From Massalongia carnosa (taxonomy: Eukaryota), in NCBI GenBank assembly GCA_965645245.1, contig OZ287083.1, positions 1,426,001 to 1,490,000 of the forward strand: a DNA stretch of 64,000 bases. The letters run 5' to 3'. How positions within the stretch are numbered: the first letter of the stretch is position 1; every line of letters begins with the position of its first letter. A model generated the notes under the pieces. That model ran no database searches, was not told where the DNA came from, and was given only the letters and a program-made list of their open reading frames with translations. Positions 36,356 to 48,761 of the stretch are shown piece after piece. The translations under genes were made by a program, and so were the position numbers.

Positions 36356-37753
36356 ATGTTGTCCCAAGGCAAACTAAAACGCAGCTTGCTGCTCATTGGC
36401 ACCATCTTTCTAGTCTTTGCTACCCTTCTCACCTTTCGCACTGGCGCCTATCCAAAGATGGCCCTTCCTAGGGCAAAGCTCAAGGCGGACGATCCTCTGC
36501 CACCGCCCAAACCATTATACAAACCATCCCCAGAACCCCCCCCCCCAATAGTCGATAACTTTCCTCAGGCTGCCTCCGCGAATTCGAGCGCCGACCTGCC
36601 ACCCATTCCGATCTGGAATATCCCCCCAACGCCACATGTCACCGAAACTACTCCCCTGTTCATCGGCTTTACGCGCAACTGGCGACTCCTACAACAAACG
36701 GTTGTCTCTTACATTACGGGAGGATGGCCACCAGGCGACATATATATAGTCGAAAATACAGGGACCATGCAGTCGAACCGAAACGGAAAGCTTACGCTTC
36801 AAAATCCTTTTTATATTGATTATCACCGCCTGACTGCGATCTTTCGTGTCAACGTGATTTCTACTCCCACCTTGCTTACTTTTGCACAGCTGCAAAACTT
36901 TTATGTTCATACGTCGCTCGAAAAAGGATGGGAGCATTACTTCTGGAGCCATATGGATGTCGTGGCTGTCTCGGATGAAGAGTATGATACGGAGCCATAT
37001 CAGTCACTCTATACACGCGCTGTGGATGTAATGCGGAAATCGATACGTCCGGAATATGGACCGTTGGCAGCACGCTGGTTCGCTTACGATCGGCTAACTC
37101 TGGTGAGAACGCAGGCTTATGTGGACGTTGGAGGCTGGGATACCTTGATCCCGTTCTACATGACGGACTGTGATATGCATGAGCGATTATGGATGAAGGG
37201 TTTCAAGATTGAACCAGCTGAGGCGGCCAAGGTGTGGGATGTCAGCACCAGCCTCGACGATTTGGAGATGCTATATCGACGAGGAACGAAAGCAACCAAA
37301 TCAAAGCGAAGCATTGAGGCACGGACAGCAGAAAATGCCCCATCCCCGGACGCCGCTTCTTCTTTTACTGTCGAGCGCAACTCTCCCATCTATCAGGATC
37401 TTCTTCACACGCTGGACGAGATGCAACATCATAAGATGAGCGACTCCGGCGGTCGCAATACATGGCAGGCTCGTCAACGCGGAGGCCAAGGGGAACCTTT
37501 CTATCGCGATCCAGAAGGTTTCGAGCAGGGCATCGACATGACAATAGACTTTGGAAGAAAGGTTTTCGAACAGAAATGGGGTCGCGGAGCATGCGACCTT
37601 AGGGAGGTGAAATTAAGTGAAAAGGATGCATGGAGAGTTGTGTTGGACTGGGAGAAGCCTGAGGTGCAGCTGCAGGCGCAGAAGGATAAAAATAAGCAAG
37701 AGAAAGAAAAAGCCAAGCAAAAAAAGGAGGCGAAGAAAAATAGTAAAGGATAG
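36356..37753 (+). CDS. Putative type II membrane glycosyltransferase (GT-A fold, GT2-like)
   Basis: ATG in a good context at 36356. N-terminal signal anchor LLLIGTIFLVFATLLTF, Pro-rich stem, YFWSHMDVV (DxD-like position) and VGGWDTLIPFYMTDCDMHERL, which resembles the GT2 GG(F/W)D...Y.(E/T)D.D...R motif. Confidence 0.7.
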   Translation: MLSQGKLKRSLLLIGTIFLVFATLLTFRTGAYPKMALPRAKLKADDPLPPPKPLYKPSPEPPPPIVDNFPQAASANSSADLPPIPIWNIPPTPHVTETTPLFIGFTRNWRLLQQTVVSYITGGWPPGDIYIVENTGTMQSNRNGKLTLQNPFYIDYHRLTAIFRVNVISTPTLLTFAQLQNFYVHTSLEKGWEHYFWSHMDVVAVSDEEYDTEPYQSLYTRAVDVMRKSIRPEYGPLAARWFAYDRLTLVRTQAYVDVGGWDTLIPFYMTDCDMHERLWMKGFKIEPAEAAKVWDVSTSLDDLEMLYRRGTKATKSKRSIEARTAENAPSPDAASSFTVERNSPIYQDLLHTLDEMQHHKMSDSGGRNTWQARQRGGQGEPFYRDPEGFEQGIDMTIDFGRKVFEQKWGRGACDLREVKLSEKDAWRVVLDWEKPEVQLQAQKDKNKQEKEKAKQKKEAKKNSKG

Positions 37754-38429
37754 AGGGAACGGGTTTGACAGCCGGAAGGGGCGCACAATCTCAATAAATA
37801 GTTTTAAGCGCATTAGCATGGCGAGGGCGTACTGGGCGTATATTGTCAGATTATTTGTAGTACGTGTATGAACTCGGGGTCGTTTCAGGCGGAAGTGAAG
37901 AGCGCGAGGAGGGTTTCCAGCTTGTATAACACATTTCTCGACAATTGGATATAGGTATCGAAACATCGTTGTGAGCAGTTAAGTAGATGACATACATATT
38001 TTTCAGCTGATGACATTTGCAAGGGGGTAAACAAGCATGGATCTGACGTAGGAGTCCATGCAAGTCATGCAAGTCACCCTTCGGCGCCATGCATCCCAGT
38101 TGGGAAACTCGACTTTAGAAGCTTAACATTCTATCTCTTCCTTTCTCAATGGAATCACCACTGGATAGTTACTCTATAAGCTGCGTTTGATATGCACTTA
38201 CTTTTCATGTTTGATAACTAATCCATGTGGATTGACAGGTTGTCAGAGCGTCCAAACACTGTCGTCGAATGTTCTGATTGCCATTGTGTACATACATAAC
38301 ACTTGGTGCAAATCGGTGAAAATGCCAACTATACGTAAGGCAAAAGTCTTCGTGGCTCGCAGATGACCGACGGGAGGGTTTTATCCGTGATAACCTACAG
38401 CTCTCGATCTGGACGGTATAACACTAGAG

Positions 38430-41400
38430 ATGTTTACTTACCTCCAGGCCATTCGTCCGAACAATCGACGATCAGCCCTTCCTTCCGCAACTGCTCCCCA
38501 GCCCGGGAGGCCGACAAGATATTATCATGAAGCTCCTTCATACACTGTCAATGCCTCTGGCGATCATGTTCCATCCTCGGTCTTTTACGAGGAGAGTCCT
38601 TCCTTGCCATCGCCAGTTGCTTCAGACCGTTCCAACCTGCCTACAAGCCCTCGGAATGCTTCTCGGGATGATCTGGGGAGATTGAGAGAAGATCAAGGCG
38701 GTACAAAACAAGAGCTGATACCGACCGAGGGACTGTCTGTCGAAAAGAAAAGGCCATGGCTTATGTTATCAAGATCAATTGTCGGCGAGAAAACTACTGT
38801 TCATCCGGCCACAAAAGATGAGTCTCATAGAAACTTATCCCCAACATTACAACCACCGCCACGGTCATTCGTATTTCATGATCAGATTCGGGATCAACGG
38901 CTACGGCCCCTTAATTCTCCATATGACAGAATCAACTCCAGTTTCGAGTCCTCCCAGAGTCACCCAAGACCGAACTCTGCAGGGAACCTTGCCCTAATGC
39001 CACAGCCTGGACGTGCTCCTCCACCCCCACCAATACAGTTATCACAGCAAGCAACATCTGGGGGCGGCCAGGTCCGCCATAGCAAGGCAAAGCTCCATCT
39101 TCTGAATCCAATGTCTTTATTGGCTCGACGAAGATCATCTCAGGCGACGACAGAAGTCTCTGATAAGCATATTCAAGTTAAAAGTCCGAGCATCCCTGGT
39201 GTGAACTTGCCGGATGACTACGATCCTCGAATTCGTGGCAAAGTCGTCCATGATTTTAGCGCCCCACGTCCAGGACATGGCGTATCCTCTATTGATGGCA
39301 AAGTTTTGTCTGCAGATTCGAAAAATATCGACGACTCGGAAATATCTAAACACTCTAGATCATCCCCAAATCCAAACTTAGTGTCTCTGCCAGATGCGGA
39401 CAGTCCTGAACGACAGCATACACCAATATTCAAAGAACACTTCGATGACGATGTTAAATTAAAACAGAGCGACCCCGAAGGCCTAGCAAACCTAAGTGCA
39501 TCTGCTTTGATGTATCAGTTGTCCCTAAATGATTCTTACTCGGATCCTGATTCTTGCTCACTACCACCCTTTGCGCGGAACCTAGCTTCCAGACTATCAA
39601 AAGCTACCGAAGGAGGCCATACAGCCTCACCCATTTCGCCGAAGCCGTCCTTAGAAGTGGTTTTAGAAGGGGACCTAGCACAGGACCCATCATCAGAAAA
39701 ATCTGCAAAAGCATCGCCACCAAATTCACCTCCAAAATCTAGGTCTAGGGCTTCCTCTAGCGCAGATTCGCCATTTCAGACCGCAGGACTACCTAGACGT
39801 TTCAAAAGCAACGCTTCAAGATTTAGCTTCGATCTAGCCGGGGTAGGCTCTTCCGCTCAAGAGAAGTTGCTGGAGGAGAGGCACAGGGAAAAGGCAAGAC
39901 AAAAGTTACGTGAAAGCGGTGCATCTGGTGTAACAAATGTATACGATACTCAAAATGATGCAGATGACAGTGGAGCATACTCTGAATCTGATTACGATGA
40001 CATTGACGATGACGATGATTTAGAAGAGAGAATACCCGGAGTCAACGCGGATGCTGATGATTCCATGAGCCCGGTCTCTCTTCCGGCTATCGATACTATC
40101 TCGCCGACGAACTTGTCCTTCACAAGCCCAGTGAGTCCTCTAAGTGACGAACTGGCCTCAACAGAGATCCCCGCTCAAACTTTGCCGATGCAAGGGCAGG
40201 AATCTTCATATTCTTCAGCGATCTCCCAGGATACTAATATCAAGCCCCAAGAAAGTTTCGCTCTCAAATACACTGTCCACTCAAGTAAAGACAGTCTTGG
40301 AGATGTTGAAAATGCCCATGATAATCCTCTATTGGGTCTTCCCTTTAGAAGTGAGGTCGAAGACGATGATTTGTACTTTGATGATGGATTGATCGAGGAT
40401 CTAGAGAACAGAGATGGTCAAACGTTTGACGAATCGCTCTTTGATGATGATACCAGTAGGATATATGGATTGCCTTTACGGGATCTCAAGCCGCAATCAG
40501 GACCTACTAAGACCGCTGAGGCGCAAGAACAACAATCTCCGCCAGCAAATGACTGCTTTACGTCACCTCAAGGTGTTGAAGGTATAGGAGCAGAAGAAAA
40601 GTTAGGTAAAATACAATCCCGAGATTCTTTCGTAGATTTTAACCACGATTTTCATCCTGCTTTTAGCCAAGGAGCTGGACTTACAGAGGATAATCTTGCA
40701 GCCTATCACGGCGCTTTAGCACATGCAGCAAACCAAGCAGCCATGAATGGCGAATTTGACCGCCGACTAAGTCTTAGCCGAAATTTCAATGATGGGCAGC
40801 TTCATGACTTGGAATCAGCGCCAGCGATGACGCCGGACGACGGTCGAGCTAGCCAAGAAATCGACGCCCTTTTTTGCGGCCAAGGCATTGATGGTACCGA
40901 GGATTTCGACTTCGACGACACGCTCTCAGACGACCCTATAATCGCCGCTGCAAATGCCGAAGCTCTTGAAAATGATGACGACGGCTTCTATGGCCAAGAA
41001 TTTGGATTTTTCGCCAACGCGACGGGCTCTGCAGAATACGCTAATGGAGGATATTTTGGTCCTCGTGGAGTAGAAGGCATCGGAAGAAGCCATAGTGGCC
41101 GCGTCAACTTCCAAGAACCGAGCCTTACGCCCATTACAGAACGCAGCGAGTGGAGCAACCGCAACTCAGCCATCTCCCTTGCCATGCTTGGATACCCACA
41201 ATCCGTGCAGCAGCAGCATCAGCAGCAGCAGCAACAGCCCCTTCCGAGTCCGGGTCTCGCGCAACTGGCTGATATGATGACTCAGGGTGAGGATGACAAT
41301 ATGTCGCTATCCGCGCTTATGAAGCTACGCCGCGGTGCTTGGGGTGACAGTAGCACCAGTCTACACAGCAGCTCTGGGGGTCAAATTAGCCCTTCGCCGC

Positions 41401-41801
41401 TTAATCTGCCCAACCCCTTTTCTTCCCTGAACCCAGTTCCAGCCTCGAACCCCGCCATAGCCTCGACCTTTAGCCTTGCCAGCAGCAATGGTTTCAATTC
41501 TTCCGACTCCGACGCCTCCCCTTCCAGCCCCACCGTCACCGTCACCGCGCATACTGGCATACCCCCCCCTCCAACAGTGACATCCCCACGTCTTGAGAAT
41601 ACCCCGCCCGCACGACCACAGCTGCGCAAAAATTTCAAGGGCCACACACGGGGAAGCAGCGGCGGTGGAGCAGAGAGTGTGAGCTACGTGCACGAGCGGG
41701 ACGGTGAGGGAGGCCGCTGGGTCGTGGAGAAGAGGCGCGTAGGGGAAGGGGGGAGGGTCGAGGTTTTGGGACGCGAGGTTTTACAGGGGGGAAGGATTTA
41801 A
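38430..41801 (+). CDS. Large acidic, Ser/Pro-rich, probably disordered hypothetical protein (1123 aa)
   Basis: Long uninterrupted ORF with short ordered-looking islands (LLNPMSLLARRRS, LPDDYDPRIRGKVVHDFSAPRP, SRFSFDLAGVGSSAQEKLLEERH, EPSLTPITERSEWS, WVVEKRR). No catalytic domain recognised. Confidence 0.85.
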   Translation: MFTYLQAIRPNNRRSALPSATAPQPGRPTRYYHEAPSYTVNASGDHVPSSVFYEESPSLPSPVASDRSNLPTSPRNASRDDLGRLREDQGGTKQELIPTEGLSVEKKRPWLMLSRSIVGEKTTVHPATKDESHRNLSPTLQPPPRSFVFHDQIRDQRLRPLNSPYDRINSSFESSQSHPRPNSAGNLALMPQPGRAPPPPPIQLSQQATSGGGQVRHSKAKLHLLNPMSLLARRRSSQATTEVSDKHIQVKSPSIPGVNLPDDYDPRIRGKVVHDFSAPRPGHGVSSIDGKVLSADSKNIDDSEISKHSRSSPNPNLVSLPDADSPERQHTPIFKEHFDDDVKLKQSDPEGLANLSASALMYQLSLNDSYSDPDSCSLPPFARNLASRLSKATEGGHTASPISPKPSLEVVLEGDLAQDPSSEKSAKASPPNSPPKSRSRASSSADSPFQTAGLPRRFKSNASRFSFDLAGVGSSAQEKLLEERHREKARQKLRESGASGVTNVYDTQNDADDSGAYSESDYDDIDDDDDLEERIPGVNADADDSMSPVSLPAIDTISPTNLSFTSPVSPLSDELASTEIPAQTLPMQGQESSYSSAISQDTNIKPQESFALKYTVHSSKDSLGDVENAHDNPLLGLPFRSEVEDDDLYFDDGLIEDLENRDGQTFDESLFDDDTSRIYGLPLRDLKPQSGPTKTAEAQEQQSPPANDCFTSPQGVEGIGAEEKLGKIQSRDSFVDFNHDFHPAFSQGAGLTEDNLAAYHGALAHAANQAAMNGEFDRRLSLSRNFNDGQLHDLESAPAMTPDDGRASQEIDALFCGQGIDGTEDFDFDDTLSDDPIIAAANAEALENDDDGFYGQEFGFFANATGSAEYANGGYFGPRGVEGIGRSHSGRVNFQEPSLTPITERSEWSNRNSAISLAMLGYPQSVQQQHQQQQQQPLPSPGLAQLADMMTQGEDDNMSLSALMKLRRGAWGDSSTSLHSSSGGQISPSPLNLPNPFSSLNPVPASNPAIASTFSLASSNGFNSSDSDASPSSPTVTVTAHTGIPPPPTVTSPRLENTPPARPQLRKNFKGHTRGSSGGGAESVSYVHERDGEGGRWVVEKRRVGEGGRVEVLGREVLQGGRI

Positions 41802-42208
41802 GATGACAAAATGTAAGGTAAATATCTGTGTTCTGTAACCAAAGATACGTACCTGAGAGAGATATGGGAGTGGCCTTTTGAAAATATCTGCTTTGGCGTG
41901 CGTGGTGGAGACTCTTGGGGAAAAAAAAACTGCCAAAGACGGTTTGCGTTGTTAGGTTTTCTTTAGATACCCAGCGGATATAACAGTACCTGTTTTTGGA
42001 TGTGGCTTCTCGATCGCTGCCCATTTCCTATTACCTTCGCCTTTCAAGGTAGTGAAGGAAGGACGGAGGTGGGTGGAAAGTGAAGCGGAAAGATTGATTC
42101 GATCCAGGTTAGCATTTAGCTAATGGAAAAATAAGGATTAATAGCTCCAGTGTTGATAATGTAAAATACATGTATGTACACGGAGATGTTGCAACCCCGG
42201 CCATTCTG

Positions 42209-43506
42209 TCAGCCCCTCCCAATCCTTGCTTCCCACTCCTCCCTCAATCTTTCCATCTCCCTCCAAGTCTCTCTACTCAACTCCTCCCATTCTGTCGATC
42301 CACCGCCTTCCACCGCCGTCCGGAGCACTCGCTCTCTGCCGAGGCGGTAGGTGCCACTGCCCCATTTGCTGCTGCTAATGGTATCGCCCTCACTGATCTC
42401 ACGTCCAGCCTCACCTCCCGCAGCGGTTTCCATAGCTTCAAGCTCCTCGCTAGACGTGAGCGCGAGCCAGACGGGGGCGCGCGCGCCTTTGTATGGAGAT
42501 ACCGTGTGCCAGGGGGAGCCGAGGAGGCGAGCTAGATAGAAGGCTAGCGTCATGAGCCATTGCAGGGGGAACGCGAGGGGTATGATTGCTGTGGCGCAGA
42601 TGCCGGGGTGGGCGAGATAGAATTTGGGGGTGGAGGGTTTTGCGGTTAGGGATTTCATCAGGGGCCGTGGCGGTGGGGATGTGGAGGCGGAAAGGAAGCG
42701 GGAGACATAGGGCAGTGTGGAACGGAGGTTAGCAGTTAGTGCTAATATGTCGGTAAGGCGCTTAGAGGATTCGTAGGGTTGTGGGGCGGCCAGGCCTTGG
42801 ATGTCCGCAGGGGAAAAAGTGTGGGCGTAGGCTTCTAGGCTAGAGATCCAGATGATGCGGCCCGTGGAAGTGGAGCGAGAAAGAAGTGGCACAAGTCCAT
42901 GGGCAAGAAGATAATGACCGAAGACGTTAGCGCAGAAGATCTCCCCCAAGGGAGGATCTTCGCCTTGCGAGAGGTCAGGGTTTGAGCCAGAGGATTTTTG
43001 GGAGAGCGTGGTCGCACCGATGCTGGAGAGCTTGAAGGTCGGGTAGGTGACTGCCGCTACGAGATTGGTAATTACGCTCCATATCGCCAATGGCCAATTA
43101 ATGCCCGTGAAGCCACCAACACCAGCGTTTAGCAAGATGGCATCTAGTCTGGGGATAGAGTTTATGAGTCCTTGAGCGAGATGCTGGACTGAGTGTAAAG
43201 ATGTAAGATCGAGGTTTTCGGGCTGGAAGGAGACGCGGGGGTGCAAGGTTTTAGGGTATTTTTGGAGATGTTTTTGCAGGCGTACGAGGGTGGAGATTCT
43301 TTTTGCCGTGGAGCGGGTGGTGAGGATTAGGTGGAGGGAATGGAAGTGGGGGCGCGTGAGGAGGAATTCGTCGATGAGGCGAAGGCAGATTGCGAAGCCG
43401 AGACCACTTTGAGTGGGTTAGACGATATCCCGTTGAAGGTCACGCTGAAGACGAACCTGTTTGCTCCCGTCACCAGGACGAAGGTGCAGTTGCTTTCAGA
43501 AGTCAT
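42209..43506 (-). CDS. ERG27: 3-keto-steroid reductase (SDR)
   Basis: Exon 1 MTSESNCTFVLVTGANS joined by a short intron to GLGFAICLRLIDEF. Also LDAILLNAG, LGEIFCANVFGHY, GRIIWISSLEA, YESSKR (YxxxK) and ARLLGSPWH. Confidence 0.92.
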
Positions 43507-44121
43507 CGTGAAAGATTCTTCGGAGAGGTTTTTTGTTTTCGTCCGTCTTGGCTGTTTAACGATAGTGTGCCTAATCGAATGTGGTTTAGCTTGATTACCG
43601 GAAACGGATGTCGGGCATTCGAGTCACCGACGTCATTCTTCCCCCTTTTCCCCCCTTTTCTTTCTCATCCCCGTCTCCTTTCCTCCTTCATTCTTCAACG
43701 GGAGTTTATAAACCTCTCCATAGTGATATTCCTTGTAGATTTCAATACGTGGGAGTCATAACGAAACCTTGGTGGATATGCCGCTTGCCAACGGTTGCTC
43801 CTGCTCGTTTGCCTTGCTGTTATTCACCCCCTTCTATCGGTGACGGATTCTAAAACTTAATGAGTTAATCCACTGTTGAGGATCACATATCTCCGTTGTC
43901 TGCCTTCTTCCGCATATGTATCATTTAGTTAGTCTCAGTTGGTTGCGAAACCCATTTGCATCGCAATGCTACCAAATCCGGCGATAGATTTATCGACCAG
44001 GCTCCGAGCGGTATGACTTCATTTCTTTATTGCGAGTATTGCCGATTTCAATCCGCTACTTTGGGCACAATATGTCGCTATTCAAATATTGTCTGCTCGA
44101 CTCCCAAATCTACTTGCCCTC

Positions 44122-45670
44122 ATGATGCTGCTTTTTGCGTGGCTCGCTAGCTTCTCAGTAATGGTCGTGGCAGCGGACACAGACACATCACTGCTTACTC
44201 CGTGTGCTGTAAGAAATATCCCGAGACCTTGAATACATCTTTTCCTACTAACAGTTTTCACCGGCTAGCAAGGATGTGCTGGAAATTCCACCAGTCAACA
44301 GGCTGGCTGTTCCAACGTCGACTTTAAATGCTTATGTAGCAATCTGAATTATATTGGCGCCATTGCCTGCTGCCTTTCCACGAAATGCTCCAGCGACGAT
44401 CAGCTGAGTGTGTACTCTGCACTAGAATGCATCTCCAGGCTAACATCTAACAGAAGCCGTTGCCTTCTACTCAAAACTTTGCATCTCCGTCAACGTCACC
44501 ATACCTAACTTTGTAGGCTGCTCGCCTCTAAGTTTATCCAAGTCGGCTGTTTCGAGTTCGTCCACAAAATCCAGCCAGAACGGAACATCTGCGTCTAAAT
44601 CCGCAACGGCTACTGGCACAATTGGATCCGCTGTAACCATAACCAGCAGCGCTCCCGTAGCAAGGTTTACAGGCGAAGCGCTCTTGACAGGGTCTTGCGC
44701 CGCACCGCAATTCGCTTCGGCCACCACCAACGGGAGCCTAATCATCGAATACCCTTGGATAGGATGTTCCTATGAACGGCCGAGTTGCTGTCCGTACGAC
44801 GTTCAAGTGGGCGGCACGCTGACGATATGTCCCAAAGACTATGTGACCATGAGTAGCGCCTGTTGTCCCTCGTAAGCTTTCCCTTGACTTTTCGTTCCAA
44901 GTTCCTTTGCTTTGCTACTCCCTCTCTGGTTGAAGCAGTTGCTAATCCCAGCAAAAAGGGGCTGGGCAATCCATACCGAAGCCTTCGCCAGCCAAACCCC
45001 CTGTTACAGCACCGCCCCCCTCCCTCTCTTAGGTCCGAGGATCACCTCCCTTCCCCCCGGCGCCTCCGTAAGTTCCATCACCACTAAAATATTCACTCTC
45101 AAATACCCCCTCGCCACTCGTAGCAACGGCGGCCTCTCCACCGGTGCGAAAGCCGCCATCGCCATTGGCGTCGTCGTCAGCGCTCTCGCCGGCATGGTCC
45201 TCTGCGGCATTTTCCTCTTACGCCGCAGACAGGCGTCCCCCAACGGCCCCATGGCTACGCGCGCCTTTTCCATCTTCCGTCGCCAAAAAGTGCGCCGCGC
45301 CGCGGCCGCGGCCGAAGCGAAAGCCGCAACGACAGCTGACAATCGCGCCAGCACCATGTCTCCGAACATCGCGCCGCTGGAGAATCTCTCCGAGCTGGCC
45401 AGCCCCAGCGGCTTAGCGCCCACCATCCTACCACCACCGCTGCCGGCGGCAGTCGTGCCGACCGAACTGCCGGCTGCGGTCCCCCCGCCCGAAGAGCTGC
45501 CCGGCAGCACATATCTGCACGAGCATCATCCAGCCTACGGTTTCGCTCCTTCCGAGAGGCAGCGGGAGAGGGAGGAGTGGAGGCCGGTCTTTGCGGGGCA
45601 GGGCGTGAGCCCTGAGGAGGTAGTTTCGCCGATAGAGGAGGAGGGGAGGGGCGCATGGAGGAACCCTTAG
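44122..45670 (+). CDS. CFEM-domain single-pass membrane protein (cell-surface sensor-like)
   Basis: Signal peptide MMLLFAWLASFSVMVVAA; spliced PCA-QGC...GC...DFKCLC......IACCL...C CFEM cysteine spacing; Ser/Thr linker; second Cys-rich domain (GCSYERPSCCPY...CPKDY....ACCPSGW); TM segment GLSTGAKAAIAIGVVVSALAGMVLCGIFLLRRR; cytoplasmic ELP motifs. Three introns. Confidence 0.85.
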
Positions 45671-46448
45671 GTTGGTAAGCTAGCGGGGGGGTTGAAAGGC
45701 CCGGTCATTTTTGCAAGGAAAGAAGATCGGGAAGGAAGGGTGCGAGTTTAGGCATAGCTAGTGATTTGCGAAATATTCACTCTTAGAGATCTCCTTTCCA
45801 CTCCTTCCTTTCTTTCTCTCCGTTCCTGGATGATCCAATCCTGAAAACATGTAGATCAGCAGAAATAGATTGGTAGATTGATAGATGTCTGGCTTGCCTA
45901 ATATCCCCTCGAAGAAAATAAATGGGCAAGCTTGCTAACGTAACCTATTCTGCCTTTCTCTCTCTTTGATTTGCTCCCATCTCAAACTTAAACTCAAACT
46001 CCAGAATGCAGGGGTTAAGTTCAATGCAACTCGCCTCCTTCTTTTCGTTAATGTTTCGGCATTAGAGTTAGGGATAGAGGGTTTCTTCCTCTTTCTTCTT
46101 TGGCTTAGGTAAACAAGGGGGAAAAGGTTGGAGTATAATCATAGTTCACGGACCATGTATACGGGCTTTATGCGGGTTTCGTGTCTGGCTTGGAGGTGGG
46201 TTGGTATGGTTCATTAGAGTTAAATCCACTTCAGGGCGTTGCTAGATTAAGTCTCCATTTGGAAAAATGTATCAAGATCCATCCCAACCCATCCCGTCCC
46301 ACCTCATTCCCTCGATCCAATCCATCGCCATGCGTCGCCCAATTTGAAGGAAAAAAGAACGCCGACTGGACGTTTTCATGATGGTCCCAGAGGACAAGTA
46401 ACCGCAATCCGCCATGAATATAAGCAACCCATAACGCCAAATTTGGGG

Positions 46449-48761
46449 TTATCGTAAAGCTGGAGAGGTGACGGTGGCGGTGGTGGGAGTAGAGGGAGCC
46501 GTGAGTTTGCCCTTTTTTAAAAGGTCCTTGCATTCGTCGCAGAACCATTTCGCTGCGGGAAAGGAAATGTTAGTTTGTAAATTTATATAAATTGTCGTCA
46601 AGAGGGACACAGTACTCACCATTCTTCGTCGGCGCCTTCGTCAAACCCGCGCAATCTAAATGAAACCATTCACGCGCGCAAGTCTCCATGTCACACGCCA
46701 CCATTTCCCCGTAGCTCACCTGATTGCAGTAACAATACCTCGGTTCCGAATCATCCTCATCTTCATCTTCGTCGCCTTGCATCGAAGACCCTTCGTCCTC
46801 ATTATTCGCCGCAGCTGCCGCCGCCGCGAGCTGAGCAGCAAGCCCCGCGCCTTTCTTGTGGGAGCGTTTGACCGGGGGTTCGATGGTGCGTGAAGGCCGG
46901 GAGCGAGGTGGAGGTTCAGAAAAGGATGCGTTCAAGGGCGTGGTGGTCTTGGAAAGCTTGCCGCTGCCTCGGGTGGAAACTGTGATTGAAGGATCGCGGT
47001 CGGGTCGTGCTTTTCCGGTGCCATTTTCGGTTTCCTCGCGTTTTAGAGCGCGGTCGGTAACTCTAGTGCTTGGGCCGACCACGCTAGAGCTGCGCGGATC
47101 TCCAGCGCCGTCATGGGGGTTAATCTCTTCGATTACGTTTTCACTTTTCGGATTTTTGGTTTCTTTTGTTGTGGGCTTGGTGTCCCCAATGATCCTGCTT
47201 GCAAGACTAGACGCCTTTTCTATATTGACGGGTGTTCCGTATACCCCGTTCACATTCGGGGTTTTGTTAGATGTAGAGGAAGATGGCCGGTTTCTGGTGT
47301 CTTGTGCTGCGGACTGTGTTGAGTTCTGTCGACCTCGTGATGGCTGAGCTCGCTGGATGATGCTCGGCGCGGGGCTTTTGCGGTGAATGTCCTTGTTAAC
47401 GGCGAATGTGCCAGCAATTGGTGACGATGCAATCAGAGGCGAATTGGCGGCTGAGTTATTTGTGTTGGCTCTGTATACAATGGTGATCAGTGTATTTTTG
47501 ATGATGCATGAATCGCGGACTCCTACCTTCTCCGTGAGGTTCCATTGGCTGCTGTTGTAGCACGTCCTCGCTTCTTTGATACCTCAACAGTCGGGGTTTC
47601 TCGTGGACTTCCTGCCGCTCCTTTTGCAGACCCCATATTCGATCCATAAACCGAGCTCATCCCCCTCTCCATGGGAAGCCCGCCGACCGGGGTGCTCACC
47701 GCCGGTTTTTCAATTTTGCGTCGTTTGCTCGGCGGAGGCGCGGAAGGTGGTCCATTGGCAATACCTAGGCCAACGCCTAGAGTGTTGCTAGTAGCAGGAG
47801 GATCTGCAGCTCGTCGGCCTTTGCCAGCGGGTTGAGTTTTCCGGGTTGTCGTCTGCGCAGGGAGTCGGGTATCATCAAAATCCGAGTCCAAGGGGTGGTT
47901 CCGCTGTTTACGTGCTGCTAATGTTTCCCGCCGCGCCTCGCTTCGTGAAATAACCCCATCCAAATCGTGACTTGCCGCCGCAACAGCAGTGTGGCTGTTG
48001 GCTGCAGTATCTCTTCTTGTGCGTTCACCAGCCAACGTTCCCTTCTTCTCCGCCGCCTTCTCAGTATATGCCCAATGATTCAAGCTTCCATAGCGCGCCT
48101 CCTCGCTCACTTCATCAGAAATGCGGACATACGAACTTTTGCAGCGCGCAAGTTGTTTATTAAGCTCGTCATTAGCGGTAGACATGACGTGGTTTTTTTC
48201 GTCCAGGGTGCTGAGCATATCATTCAGTACAAATCTTAATTGCTGAAGCGTTCTTCTGCGAGGTAAATCCGACGAATTGGGGGTATGAGGGGTCGCAGCC
48301 TGAGCTAAGGCAATTTCGCCATTTTTGGCTTGAGTTGAACTTCCCTCATCATTTTGTCTTGTACCGTTGGATCGATACCTTGTTGCTTGACTAATAACAT
48401 CTGGGATCTGAGATGATTGTGCGATCTTCCGAGGTGGTACTGGGGCTTTCAGCAACTCCGTCACTATCTTCCCTAACAATTCTTCTGGCCCATAGATTTT
48501 AGCGTCGACCTCCTTCAACATAGTATAATTCCGAATCATTTCTTTAGGGAGAGCTGCGATTGAATCTGTAAAATGAGTGATTGCGGGAAAGAAGCCAGGG
48601 CTTGTATTCTGCCCGTTGACTTGAGGTGTAGCTACAGCGCCCCGCAGTTGAGTTACATTTGTCGCGTTTCTGCTAGGATTCGCCCGTGTTTGACGGACTG
48701 GCTGGCGTCTATTTGATGTTGAGGGCGGCTCGATAGTCGTAGTGTTGGAAAAGGCCCTCAT
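46449..48761 (-). CDS. PHO23: ING-family PHD-finger protein (Pho23/Rpd3L-type)
   Basis: N-terminal ING domain (HFTDSIAALPKEMIRNYTMLKEVDAK...LDEKNHVMSTAN) and C-terminal PHD (EPRYCYCNQVSYGEMVACD...CAREWFHLDCAGL...KWFCDEC). Introns about 47471-47526 and 46553-46619. The paralog assignment is less certain than the family. Confidence 0.85.

Noticed and set aside
42209..45670. Secondary-metabolite or sterol gene cluster around ERG27
   Set aside because: No PKS, NRPS, terpene synthase or other ERG genes in the window; the neighbours are unrelated housekeeping genes.
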